DNA of 51,967 nt from an uncultured Gammaproteobacteria bacterium (GCA_964571255.1 CAZNAA010000001.1:82167-134133); one strand, 5' to 3'; positions 34,744 through 43,376 are shown, numbered from the stretch's first letter. A program made the numbers and translations. Notes: generated from the sequence alone by a model not told the origin.

Positions 34744-35676
34744 ATGGAGCTTATTTTTTTAGGACTAGGGAAAATGGGATATCGCATGGCACAAAAGTTA
34801 GTTCGTAGTGGTCATTCTCTAGTTGTCTGGAATAGAACTCAAGAAGTATCAGAAGAGTTTCAAAAAGAACTCGCATCAGGATCTATCCCTGTTACCGTTG
34901 CTTTATCAATTCAAGATGCAGTTGAGAAAACTTCATCTCCAAAGATTATATGGATCATGCTCCCATCAGGAGAAGCAACAGAGCAAACATTAGAAGAGGT
35001 AAAGAAATATGTTGAAAAGAGAGACATTGTTATTGATGGAGGCAACTCATTTTATAAAGATACGCAAAGAAGATACGAAGAGTTTACAACACTGGGAATA
35101 CGCTACTTAGGCATTGGAGTGAGTGGAGGGATTATTGCAGAAACTGAAGGATACCCCATGATGGTTGGAGGAGACAGGAGTGCCTATGAAGAAATTATTC
35201 CATTTCTTAACAGTCTCTCACTACCTCGTGGAGGACATGAATACTTTGGAGAAGGAGGAAGTGGGCATTTTGTCAAAATGGTTCATAACGGAATTGAGTA
35301 TGGCATGATGCAAGCTATTGGAGAAGGCTTTGGCGTACTTGAAAAAGCACCATACAAATTCGATTTACTTTCTGTTTCTACTCTTTTTCAAAAAGGAACT
35401 ATTGTTTCTAGTTTTTTAATTGATAGGGCACATGACGCATTGGAGAAAGATCCTGTACTTTCTGATATTGTTGGGGAGATTAATGCAACAGGTGAAGGAG
35501 AGTGGACTATTAATCAAGGAAAAGAAGAAGGAGTACCTGTTGAGAATATTGAGCAATCATTGGATTTTCGAAGAAGATCAAAAACAGATGAGTCAATTAA
35601 AAACTCCTTTGCGGCAAAAATGGTTGCTGCATTGAGACGAGAATTTGGGGGACATGCAGTAAAAGGAAAAGAGTAG
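34744..35676 (+). CDS. gnd: 6-phosphogluconate dehydrogenase, decarboxylating (short Gnd-like form)
   Basis: Has GLGKMGYRMAQKL, IDGGNSFYKDT, GVSGG and HFVKMVHNGIEYG. Confidence 0.88.
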   Translation: MELIFLGLGKMGYRMAQKLVRSGHSLVVWNRTQEVSEEFQKELASGSIPVTVALSIQDAVEKTSSPKIIWIMLPSGEATEQTLEEVKKYVEKRDIVIDGGNSFYKDTQRRYEEFTTLGIRYLGIGVSGGIIAETEGYPMMVGGDRSAYEEIIPFLNSLSLPRGGHEYFGEGGSGHFVKMVHNGIEYGMMQAIGEGFGVLEKAPYKFDLLSVSTLFQKGTIVSSFLIDRAHDALEKDPVLSDIVGEINATGEGEWTINQGKEEGVPVENIEQSLDFRRRSKTDESIKNSFAAKMVAALRREFGGHAVKGKE

Positions 35677-35698
35677 CTTTAAAAAAGAAGATGTATAT

Positions 35699-36709
35699 CT
35701 ATGCTACATTCTCTTTCGGGAGAAACTTTTTTCTTAACTCTTCTGGATTTGGGAACTTGAGAACGCCTCTCCTAAATGTCGCTTGGTATTCTTTCTCTTC
35801 TTTAGATAGTACACGATCCTTGCTGATGTGTTTGACTTGGTCATCAAAAGCAGATTGTACATACCATTCAAGAGAGTTATGAATAGTTGGATTCACTTCT
35901 GCTAAATGTACCCATGCTTGAGTTACAGCCTCTTGGTGATATCTCAGCGCACCTTCGCGAGACTCAATAACAACCTTTTTGGTCGCAAGAAGTAGCTGAG
36001 GTAGGAGCGTAAGTTTATCTTGTAAAAGCTCGAAATTTGCATAGGGACCAATTGGTGGAGGCACTTTCAGATTTTGTAATTTCCTTAATCGTTCTGGTGT
36101 AATTCCCTCAAGTGCTTCGAGCCCTGCAATTAGTTGGGCTGTACTGAGGTAGAATCCTACTTGATTATCAATACTAAGAAATGTAGGGTCACCATCTGGT
36201 GGAACATGATAGTGTCCTTGATCAAACAATAGTTGTCTTTCTTGGCTCGAGTACACTGGATTTACTCTTTTATCTTCTGGGTGAGCTATCATGTATGCTT
36301 CTCTTGCGCCATAAAAATCTGGACGTAAGGTCTGAAGCCTTCCTTGAAAATATTCTGGGAATGATAAGCCTGAGGGATGTCCTGCATTCTCTTTACTAAT
36401 CAGTTTACGCTGTTCAGTACCAATACTTATACCTGCATCAACTGGAAGGATATCAAGATCTGAATATATATCCATTCTTCCTCGAAGAAGCGATCCAATA
36501 GGAATAATAATTCCATATTTCTCAATAAATTGTTGAACAGGAAGTGGTGGATGTTCTTGAGTAAATAGTTCGTGAGTATATTCTCGAAGGAGTTGCATCA
36601 CGGTGCGGGAGAAATCCGTTGGTGACTCTGGATGGAGCAGGAGTTCTGATGCAGCATCTACACTAAGGCTAGGTGAGAATACCTTTTTTTCTCCATCTCC
36701 CTTTTCCAT
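35699..36709 (-). CDS. nucleotidyltransferase (Pol-beta superfamily) domain protein
   Basis: IGSLLRGRMDIYSDLDIL matches the G-S-x(n)-D-x-D NTase signature. The rest of the 336-aa protein is unassigned. Confidence 0.5.
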   Translation of the reverse strand: MEKGDGEKKVFSPSLSVDAASELLLHPESPTDFSRTVMQLLREYTHELFTQEHPPLPVQQFIEKYGIIIPIGSLLRGRMDIYSDLDILPVDAGISIGTEQRKLISKENAGHPSGLSFPEYFQGRLQTLRPDFYGAREAYMIAHPEDKRVNPVYSSQERQLLFDQGHYHVPPDGDPTFLSIDNQVGFYLSTAQLIAGLEALEGITPERLRKLQNLKVPPPIGPYANFELLQDKLTLLPQLLLATKKVVIESREGALRYHQEAVTQAWVHLAEVNPTIHNSLEWYVQSAFDDQVKHISKDRVLSKEEKEYQATFRRGVLKFPNPEELRKKFLPKENVA

Positions 36710-36747
36710 AAGGATAGTGTATCAGAGTAATAGGTGAAATATAATGC

Positions 36748-36776
36748 TTGACAGGTATTGTGCAAAGCAGTAATAT
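36748..36776 (+). promoter_or_regulatory. sigma70-type promoter of the T-box leader (TTGACA-17-TAATAT)
   Basis: TTGACA at 36748..36753, a 17-nt spacer, and TAATAT at 36771..36776. Confidence 0.6.
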
Positions 36777-36782
36777 AACAGA

Positions 36783-36957
36783 AAGCGTTTGAGTTTAGTT
36801 TCCTGCTAAACGAGCTGACTGCGATAAGCAGTACGGAGTATAAACCGTAAAAGAGTTTATAAGCTTTAGAGAGATCTAAAGGAAACAAGGTGGTACCACG
36901 AGAATGCCTCGTCCTTGTATTTCACATTTGTGTGGAATGCGAAGATGAGGTTTTTTT
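36783..36957 (+). promoter_or_regulatory. T-box riboswitch leader (candidate tRNA-Pro specificity) with terminator/antiterminator
   Basis: The T-box core GGTGGTACCACG lies at 36889..36900. The antiterminator is canonical: helix CAAGG (36886..36890)/CCTTG (36913..36917), a 7-nt bulge TGGTACC (36891..36897), and helix ACGAG (36898..36902)/CTCGT (36908..36912). The competing terminator pairs CCTCGTCCTT (36907..36916) with GAAGATGAGG (36941..36950), followed by T7 (36951..36957). A CCT triplet at 36802..36804 sits in a hairpin loop (GTTTAG-TTTCCTG-CTAAAC). Confidence 0.8.
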
Positions 36958-37287
36958 ATGGATACAATACAAGCATTTGAGGCACTTGATATACGGGTTG
37001 GTAAAATACTCAGTGTTGAAAAATTACCAAATCCTCAATACACTACTCATAAGTTAATAATTGACTTTGGAGAGGAAATTGGACAAAGGGTATCAGGAGC
37101 TCGAGTAATCCGATATACTGATGAGGAGCTAGTTGGAAGACTGATATTAGGTGTAGTCAATTTGCCTGAAAAACAAATTGGACACTTACTGTCTCAATCG
37201 CTTACTCTTGGAGTTCCAGGGCTTGACGGGGAATGCGTACTTCTCTCTGTAGAACAACAGGTTCCACTAGGAGGAAGGGTATATTAA
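36958..37287 (+). CDS. tRNA-binding domain protein (CsaA/Trbp111-like OB fold)
   Basis: The pattern DIRVGKILSVEKLPN...KLIIDFGEE......G is typical of the EMAP/CsaA tRNA-binding domain. Confidence 0.75.
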   Translation: MDTIQAFEALDIRVGKILSVEKLPNPQYTTHKLIIDFGEEIGQRVSGARVIRYTDEELVGRLILGVVNLPEKQIGHLLSQSLTLGVPGLDGECVLLSVEQQVPLGGRVY

Positions 37288-37288
37288 T

Positions 37289-38518
37289 ATGAGATATTCA
37301 CAAACATTTGCAAAAACACAACGAACTGATCCAAAAGATGAAGTAGCAGTAAATGCCAAATATCTCATGCGGGGTGGATTCATTGACAAGTTAATGGCAG
37401 GATCCTATACCCTTCTTCCTTTAGGGAGACGAGTTGAGCGAAAGATTGAGCAAATAATTAGGGAAGAGATGGATAAAACAGGTGCTCAAGAAATTCTTAT
37501 GCCTCTTTTACATCCAAAAGAAATATGGAATGAGACAGGTAGATGGGATAAGGCCAAAGAGGTCATGTATCAATTTGAGAAAGATGAGAAAGAATATGCA
37601 CTTTCTTTTACCCATGAAGAGATTGTCATGGATTTAATCCGCAAAAACCTTTCCAGTTATAAAGACCTTCCTATAAAACTCTATCATTTCTCAACCAAAT
37701 TCAGACAAGAGCTGAGAGCTAAGTCTGGAATTCTCAGAGGAAGAGAGTTTTTAATGAAGGATTTATACAGTGCACATGCAAGTGAGGAAGACTTGATGAA
37801 CTACTACTGGAAAGTAGCACAGGCATATATGGAAGCATTTAAGCGCATAGGGCTTGATGTTGTTATTGCTGAAGCTGATGGAGGTGTTTTTACTGCTAGT
37901 CATACCCATGAATTCCAACTGAAAACAGAGGCAGGGGAAGACACCATTTATATGGCTAAGGGATGGGAATATTGGAAAAACAAAGAAATCATGACTGAGG
38001 AGGATTTTGCAAATCCTACTCTTACTTCCATAAAAACGATTGAAGTGGGAAATATTTTCCCACTGGGTACGATGTATGCTGAAAAAATGAATGCGTATTT
38101 CACAACAGATTCAGGTGAGAAAAAACCTGTTTGGTTTGGCAGTTACGGCATAGGGCTTACTCGATTAGTTGGAGCAGTGGTTGAAGTGTGTCATGACGAA
38201 AATGGAATTATCTGGCCAGAAAGTATTGCTCCCTATACTGCTCATCTCTTGCAGCTTAACTCTGATAACCCATCAGTTGCAGAGACTGCCGAGACAGTGT
38301 ACACCCAGTTACAATCAGTGGGAATTGAAGTATTGTTTGATGACCGAAAAGAAACTGGAACTGGAGAAAAGTTTGCGGATGCTGATTTAATTGGAATTCC
38401 TTATAAGTTAGTAGTGAGTAGTAAAAATGGTGAGATGATTGAAGTGAAAAAGCGAAATGAAAAAAATAGTAAACAATATTCCTTAGAAGAAGTAATCAAT
38501 CTACTTAGAAACATATAA
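37289..38518 (+). CDS. proS: proline--tRNA ligase, bacterial type lacking the INS editing domain
   Basis: The N-terminus is ProRS-like (MRYSQTF.KT.R..PKDE..V.NAKYLMRGGFI..L.AG.YTLLPLG.RV..KIE.IIREEM). Motif 2 is KFRQELRAKSGILRGREFLMKDLYS and motif 3 is GSYGIGLTRL. At 409 aa there is no room for the ~180-aa INS insertion. Confidence 0.85.
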   Translation: MRYSQTFAKTQRTDPKDEVAVNAKYLMRGGFIDKLMAGSYTLLPLGRRVERKIEQIIREEMDKTGAQEILMPLLHPKEIWNETGRWDKAKEVMYQFEKDEKEYALSFTHEEIVMDLIRKNLSSYKDLPIKLYHFSTKFRQELRAKSGILRGREFLMKDLYSAHASEEDLMNYYWKVAQAYMEAFKRIGLDVVIAEADGGVFTASHTHEFQLKTEAGEDTIYMAKGWEYWKNKEIMTEEDFANPTLTSIKTIEVGNIFPLGTMYAEKMNAYFTTDSGEKKPVWFGSYGIGLTRLVGAVVEVCHDENGIIWPESIAPYTAHLLQLNSDNPSVAETAETVYTQLQSVGIEVLFDDRKETGTGEKFADADLIGIPYKLVVSSKNGEMIEVKKRNEKNSKQYSLEEVINLLRNI

Positions 38519-38526
38519 ACATATCC

Positions 38527-39273
38527 TTATTTTACTGGGGCATATCTCAGTGAGTCATCTTGAACAAGTCCTCGTTGTGCTAGAGCAGTAGCTACTTGTA
38601 AAAATGCATCCTTGTCTCCTGTAACTTTATAGATTGTAGAGTTATCTGCTACTTTTTTACCTTCTTGAGGTGGATTCACAATGTAGAGTCCTTTTAGTAC
38701 AGTGGGATTTAGTCTGACTCTTGGGCTCTCTTCAGTATAGCTATGGGGAGTAATGAAGGTAATATTAGGGCTAGAAATATTTAACCCATAAAAAATTGCT
38801 CCTTCACTTCCAAGGATTGAAGGAAGAAGCCCTGCTTTTTTTAATTCCAGTTCTAATACGACTCCAATTGAATTTTTATTCTGATCCAGAGAATACCGAG
38901 CTGAGCCGCTTAAGCCAGTACTTAAGAATGCGTAACTATCATGTTTTCGTACTGCAGGGTTAGTAGCTGAAGCTTTAAATCCTTCAACAATAATATTTAT
39001 CAGTCCATGTAAGCCTGCTTTTGTAAGACCGTGGTACAAACGAATATCTCCTTCGGGTGGATCTTCCTTTGATGGTTGATAGTCTTTAAGCGGAGTTGCC
39101 TGAGGAATTTGAAAACTAGAGTCATATTCATGAATCTTCCTAAAAACTTGTTCCAGTATTTCTGTTTGACTAAGTGATGGAGGTAAACCTGTTTCAGGTT
39201 TTGCTAAGAATGGCAAAAAACTTCTTAAATGTTGCCAAGCTGAAGGAGATTGGTCAACTGTTTGCTCAGACAT
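38527..39273 (-). CDS. hypothetical protein with possible H-Y-E ADP-ribosyltransferase-like motifs
   Basis: 248-aa ORF. It contains RLYHGLTKAGLHGLINIIVEGF (compare PARP/Tpt1 hHG[ST]....I...G[FL]), then SYAFLS...SARYS, then GVVLELEL and GSEGAIFY. This is a pattern match only. Confidence 0.55.
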   Translation of the reverse strand: MSEQTVDQSPSAWQHLRSFLPFLAKPETGLPPSLSQTEILEQVFRKIHEYDSSFQIPQATPLKDYQPSKEDPPEGDIRLYHGLTKAGLHGLINIIVEGFKASATNPAVRKHDSYAFLSTGLSGSARYSLDQNKNSIGVVLELELKKAGLLPSILGSEGAIFYGLNISSPNITFITPHSYTEESPRVRLNPTVLKGLYIVNPPQEGKKVADNSTIYKVTGDKDAFLQVATALAQRGLVQDDSLRYAPVK

Positions 39274-39280
39274 AAGTTAA

Positions 39281-40009
39281 CTAGAAAGGAAGAGGATAGT
39301 TAAGAAGCTTCATCCATAAAACTGCATAGATTGCAAAGAAGATCAGAGCAACTACAAACAAAAGAATTCCTTTCATTCCTCCAGACTTCTCTTCTTTTAC
39401 AGGAGATGCGATATGGGGAGTGGTTGTTGCTGCATGAAGAGTTGAGGTTGGTCTGGTAAGGGATGGTTGTAAAGAGGTTGTTGCTCCTGAGGGAGGAGTA
39501 GAATTCCCAAAAGGTGATGGTGGAGGAGGTGGTGTTATGGTCCCTGTTGGTGGAAGAGGAGTTGGTGGAGTGATAGGTTTAGCAGATGTGCCAAATCCAG
39601 GAGGAGTAGATGCGTTTGCAACAGGTGGGGGTGAGCTTGCTGGAGGAGTATTTGGTGAGGGTGTAGAAAGTCCGTTAGCAGGAGGTGGGACAGAAGAGGA
39701 GGTTGCTAGTGGTGTTCCCATTGAAAGAGGGGAGGAGGAATTTAGTGATGAAGGAGGAGTAAGTGGCGTTACAGGAGATACGGGGGTTTGACTTGGTGCA
39801 GGTGGAGTAGAAGAAGTTAAAGGAGGAACAACAGTTCCTGTTTGAGCGTGAGGAGTTGAAGTGCTTAGTGGTGAACCTATTGGAGGTGCTGGAGAAGTTG
39901 CAGGAGACTGAGGCATACTTCCTGGAGTTGCAGGACTAGCCATTCCCATGACTCGATCATAAGCAGTTTTTAACTTTGGATCAAGGGCAGATAGATTTTT
40001 AGGATCCAT
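39281..40009 (-). CDS. Pro/Ser/Thr-rich low-complexity protein with C-terminal TM anchor
   Basis: 242-aa ORF. About 180 aa are P/S/T-rich, and the protein ends in the hydrophobic helix GILLFVVALIFFAIYAVLWM. It lies 7 nt upstream of the 248-aa ORF on the same strand. Confidence 0.55.
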   Translation of the reverse strand: MDPKNLSALDPKLKTAYDRVMGMASPATPGSMPQSPATSPAPPIGSPLSTSTPHAQTGTVVPPLTSSTPPAPSQTPVSPVTPLTPPSSLNSSSPLSMGTPLATSSSVPPPANGLSTPSPNTPPASSPPPVANASTPPGFGTSAKPITPPTPLPPTGTITPPPPPSPFGNSTPPSGATTSLQPSLTRPTSTLHAATTTPHIASPVKEEKSGGMKGILLFVVALIFFAIYAVLWMKLLNYPLPF

Positions 40010-40097
40010 ACCTTATGGTATGTTTTTTTTAACAATTTTGTCAACATACTCTTTCTTGCATCGGATGATGGATTTTCTTCATAATAGTAGGTAGAGT

Positions 40098-41780
40098 ATG
40101 GAAGACAAAAGAGATGGGGGAGAAAAAAAGAGATGGGGAATTCTTAGTAAGTGGAAAAAAGGTTCACAGGTATCTCCTATAAGACCATCACCACAAGAGC
40201 CTGAAAGAGTCAGAGATGAGAATAAAATAGAGCCTGGTGAAAGAATGAAAATAGATGAGGCTACTCATCTTACAGCTCCTGACAATAGTCTGTATATTGT
40301 TCCGACAACTGCAGTGGAGAGAGATGGGAGAGGATACAAATTTATTCCTGCTGTTTATATCGTAACTGGAAGAGGGGATATTACTAGACAAGTAGCAGTA
40401 GATATGCCTGAATCATCTGATCAAAATGGGCCAGGGTTTCATATTGTTCCCGCACTTGATCGTCAGACGACAATAATTAATAATACTCCAATACCTTTTG
40501 GCATGAGGAACGTTGAACAGGTCCCCACGAGGAAGAAAATCAAAAAAGGGGGTTGTGAAGGCTTTATTCTTCCTGAGGAGCCTGTGACACTTGTTCTTTC
40601 TCCTTCTACTCAAGTGACATTTGGAGAAGATAATCAGGGGAAATATGCGTTGTTTTATGGAGAGCAAATTGTACCTCTTCGTCCCGATGAACAAGAAATA
40701 CTTCGAGTAAAATTTGGAAGACAACCAGAACCCAATAGTTTGATAATACCTTCTCCAGAAATTTCTCGATCCCATGGAGAAGTTATGGTTATGTATGGAG
40801 GTGGTAAAAGATACGTCTTTATTACAGATAGTATGTCAAAAAACGGGATAGAGGTTGCTTACTCTAAGCGATACCCTTTACGAAAAGATCAAGTTACACA
40901 TGATAGAGACAGACTAATTCAGGGCGCTGAGAATAATAAATGGTTTGTTTCAGATAAGGCAGATGAGTTAAAGAACGAAACACTTGAAGGAGAAAGGCAG
41001 GGGTATTTTACCTTTATTTTTCCCACAGGAACTTCTCCAGAACTACGAACACAAATTTTCGGAATCTCCACTTCCTTAAATGCTCAACTAAGAATACCAG
41101 ATACACGCGAGACATCTACTACGTTGATGATTGTACCAAGTAAAGAATATCTTACGAGATCGTGTGCTTCAGGGTCGGATATTCTTATGAATACTGCTGC
41201 TCCTGATGTTGCGGCTCATGAGTTAATTCATGCAAAACTCTATGGACAATACGGAAAAAGTGCAGCAGATGCAGTTGTCGAGGGTATGGCAGTTTATATT
41301 ACCTTTGAAGTAGTGACTGAGGCACCTCATAATAACGTAGAAAAACATTATGGATATAACGATGCATTAGCATTGGACGATCAGAACCTGCTAGTGGGCT
41401 TATCTCATACGGCTTTTGTTGAAAACGTAGGGAGAGAACTAGATACTCAAGGTGTATACGAACGTTCATATAGATTTGGAAGATATTTAGTTGAGTATAT
41501 TGATACAACGTATGGAAGAGATTTTCTTTTAGAATTTTATAAAAATACTTGTAATCGAGTTATAGATAAGACGGGGAGAGTACTTGCTAACAACGGGCAT
41601 TTAGAGGAGCAAGTAAAGCAAAGAGATATTATTGCAGCTGCTATGGAAAACACTGCTTCCTTACAAGGAGTACCATTTGATATAGCTGTATTTAACACTA
41701 ATTGGGATACTTTCTATAAAGCAAAAACTCGAGAGATTAAAAATAAGGGTTTACTTCCTCCTTGGGTTGATGGGTTATAA
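40098..41780 (+). CDS. FHA-domain protein fused to an HExxH metallopeptidase-like C-terminal domain
   Basis: FHA signature FGRQPEPNSLIIPSPEISRSHGEVMVMYGGGKRYVFITDSMSKNGIEV at about nt 40650..40863. HELIH at nt 41217..41231 is followed by EGMAVYI. Confidence 0.65.
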   Translation: MEDKRDGGEKKRWGILSKWKKGSQVSPIRPSPQEPERVRDENKIEPGERMKIDEATHLTAPDNSLYIVPTTAVERDGRGYKFIPAVYIVTGRGDITRQVAVDMPESSDQNGPGFHIVPALDRQTTIINNTPIPFGMRNVEQVPTRKKIKKGGCEGFILPEEPVTLVLSPSTQVTFGEDNQGKYALFYGEQIVPLRPDEQEILRVKFGRQPEPNSLIIPSPEISRSHGEVMVMYGGGKRYVFITDSMSKNGIEVAYSKRYPLRKDQVTHDRDRLIQGAENNKWFVSDKADELKNETLEGERQGYFTFIFPTGTSPELRTQIFGISTSLNAQLRIPDTRETSTTLMIVPSKEYLTRSCASGSDILMNTAAPDVAAHELIHAKLYGQYGKSAADAVVEGMAVYITFEVVTEAPHNNVEKHYGYNDALALDDQNLLVGLSHTAFVENVGRELDTQGVYERSYRFGRYLVEYIDTTYGRDFLLEFYKNTCNRVIDKTGRVLANNGHLEEQVKQRDIIAAAMENTASLQGVPFDIAVFNTNWDTFYKAKTREIKNKGLLPPWVDGL

Positions 41781-41827
41781 GGTAAGATTGCACCTATCTT
41801 AAAAAGAAGCTATACTTTGCCTTGCAG

Positions 41828-42727
41828 ATGAAAATTATTGTTACACATTTATCTCCAGATTGGGATGCCATTGGTGGTGCTTGGGTTATTAAGAAATATC
41901 TTCCTGGATGGGAGGATGCCACTGTTGAATTTGTTCCTGCAGGAGAAAGAAGTGAGCGTGTAAAAGATCTTCCAATTGATGAGGTTATTCAATACGTTAA
42001 AGATAATGAAATTATCCACGTTGATACAGGTATGGGGCCACTTGATCATCATCAGACCTCAGATAAGAGTCAATCTGGAACAGGGAGAGCGTGGGAGTAT
42101 GTACTAGAGCAGAGAGAAAAAACAGGACATAATATTCGAAAAAGCCAGGAGGAAGCTGTAGATAAAATCGTTCGCTTCATCGTTTCAACAGATCATTTTC
42201 AAGAAGTTTTTTGGCCAGAGGCAGCATCAGATCGATATGATTTGACTATTCTAGGACTTCTGGAGGGAATGAAGTACATGAAGCCTGAGAAGCATCAAGA
42301 ATATGTAGACTTTGGGATAGAGTGTTTGAATGCGTTAGTTCATACCTTTGAAAATAAAATTTGGGCAGAGCGTGAGCTTAAAGAGAAAGGCATAGAGTTT
42401 GAGGCAAAGATGGGAAAAGGAATTGCTTTAGAAACAGAGAACGATACTGTTTTGAAACTGGCTCAAAAAATGGGATATATGTTTGTCGTGAGGAAAGATC
42501 CCGATAAAGGGTATATTCGTATAAAGGTACGTCCTTCAACCAGTAACGAAGATGATATTGACTTGACTACCGCCTATGAGGAAATAAAAAAACAAGAAAC
42601 AAGCGGTGATTGGTTTTTACACGTTTCAAAAAAAATGCTTCTTAATGGTGGTTCAAAAAATCCTACTCAAAAGTCTTCATCTCTTTCTATCCAATCGATT
42701 ATTGAAATATTGCAGAAGTTATATTAG
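41828..42727 (+). CDS. DHH-family phosphoesterase
   Basis: DHH motifs THLSPDWDAIGG (I), HVDTGMG (II) and LDHHQ (III). I prefer the ATG at 41828 over the TTG at 41822. Confidence 0.7.
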   Translation: MKIIVTHLSPDWDAIGGAWVIKKYLPGWEDATVEFVPAGERSERVKDLPIDEVIQYVKDNEIIHVDTGMGPLDHHQTSDKSQSGTGRAWEYVLEQREKTGHNIRKSQEEAVDKIVRFIVSTDHFQEVFWPEAASDRYDLTILGLLEGMKYMKPEKHQEYVDFGIECLNALVHTFENKIWAERELKEKGIEFEAKMGKGIALETENDTVLKLAQKMGYMFVVRKDPDKGYIRIKVRPSTSNEDDIDLTTAYEEIKKQETSGDWFLHVSKKMLLNGGSKNPTQKSSSLSIQSIIEILQKLY

Positions 42728-42745
42728 AATCCAAGTAGAAAAACT

Positions 42746-43060
42746 ATGGAAAATTGTATTTTTTGTAAGATAGTTAAAAAAGAAATTCCAGCAGAAATTG
42801 TATATGAGAATGACCAAGTGCTGGTTTTCCCTGATATCAATCCTCAATCAAAGCGTCATTTACTTATTATTCCCAAACAACACATTGATGAGTTTGTAAA
42901 GGCTGATGATATTGGCCTTTTTGGCACATTATTTCATACAGCCAGTGAGATATTACGAAAAGAAAGTTTAGGGGATAAGCACTACAAAATCGTGGTAAAT
43001 GGGGGAGGACGACAGGATGTTGACCATTTACATATTCATCTTATTGCCGGGTTAACATAA
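42746..43060 (+). CDS. histidine triad nucleotide-binding protein (HinT-like)
   Basis: Has CIFCKIV...IP and HLHIHLIAG. Confidence 0.85.
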   Translation: MENCIFCKIVKKEIPAEIVYENDQVLVFPDINPQSKRHLLIIPKQHIDEFVKADDIGLFGTLFHTASEILRKESLGDKHYKIVVNGGGRQDVDHLHIHLIAGLT

Positions 43061-43182
43061 CTTACTACATATAGGACTTACTTTTTCTCTTACACGATTT
43101 ACTTTCTTCTCATATTTTTGTACAATATAAGATATAGTTCTTGTTTTCCACTAAAAAGAAAACAGGGAGGGGGTGTTCTTTT

Positions 43183-43371
43183 ATGGTATATGTTAAAAAA
43201 CAATCAGGTCAAAGTGATGATGCACTTATTCGTCAATTTACAAGAAAAGTTGTTGATGCAGGAATTGTCCAACAAGCAAAATCTCGTCAATTCTATTTAA
43301 AGCCATCACAGCGCAAGAAACAAGAAATTCAAGATGCTCGTAAGCAACAACGCCGAGTTTCTTCTTCTTAA
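43183..43371 (+). CDS. rpsU: 30S ribosomal protein S21
   Basis: VYVKKQSGQSDDALIRQFTRKV...YLKPSQRKKQEIQDARKQQRR fits S21. The SD GGGAGGGGG lies upstream of the ATG at 43183, and the TTG at 43141 in the ORF track adds 14 unlikely residues. Confidence 0.85.
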   Translation: MVYVKKQSGQSDDALIRQFTRKVVDAGIVQQAKSRQFYLKPSQRKKQEIQDARKQQRRVSSS

Positions 43372-43376
43372 TTCTC

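Noticed and set aside
36658-36888. 76-aa minus-strand ORF upstream of the tRNA-binding-domain gene
   Set aside because: It overlaps the promoter and most of the T-box leader, which explains the region better.
39537-39791. 84-aa Gly-rich ORF on the + strand
   Set aside because: It is the antisense reading of the Pro-codon-rich (CCN) gene at 39281..40009. Its low-complexity Gly/Val composition is a mirror artefact.
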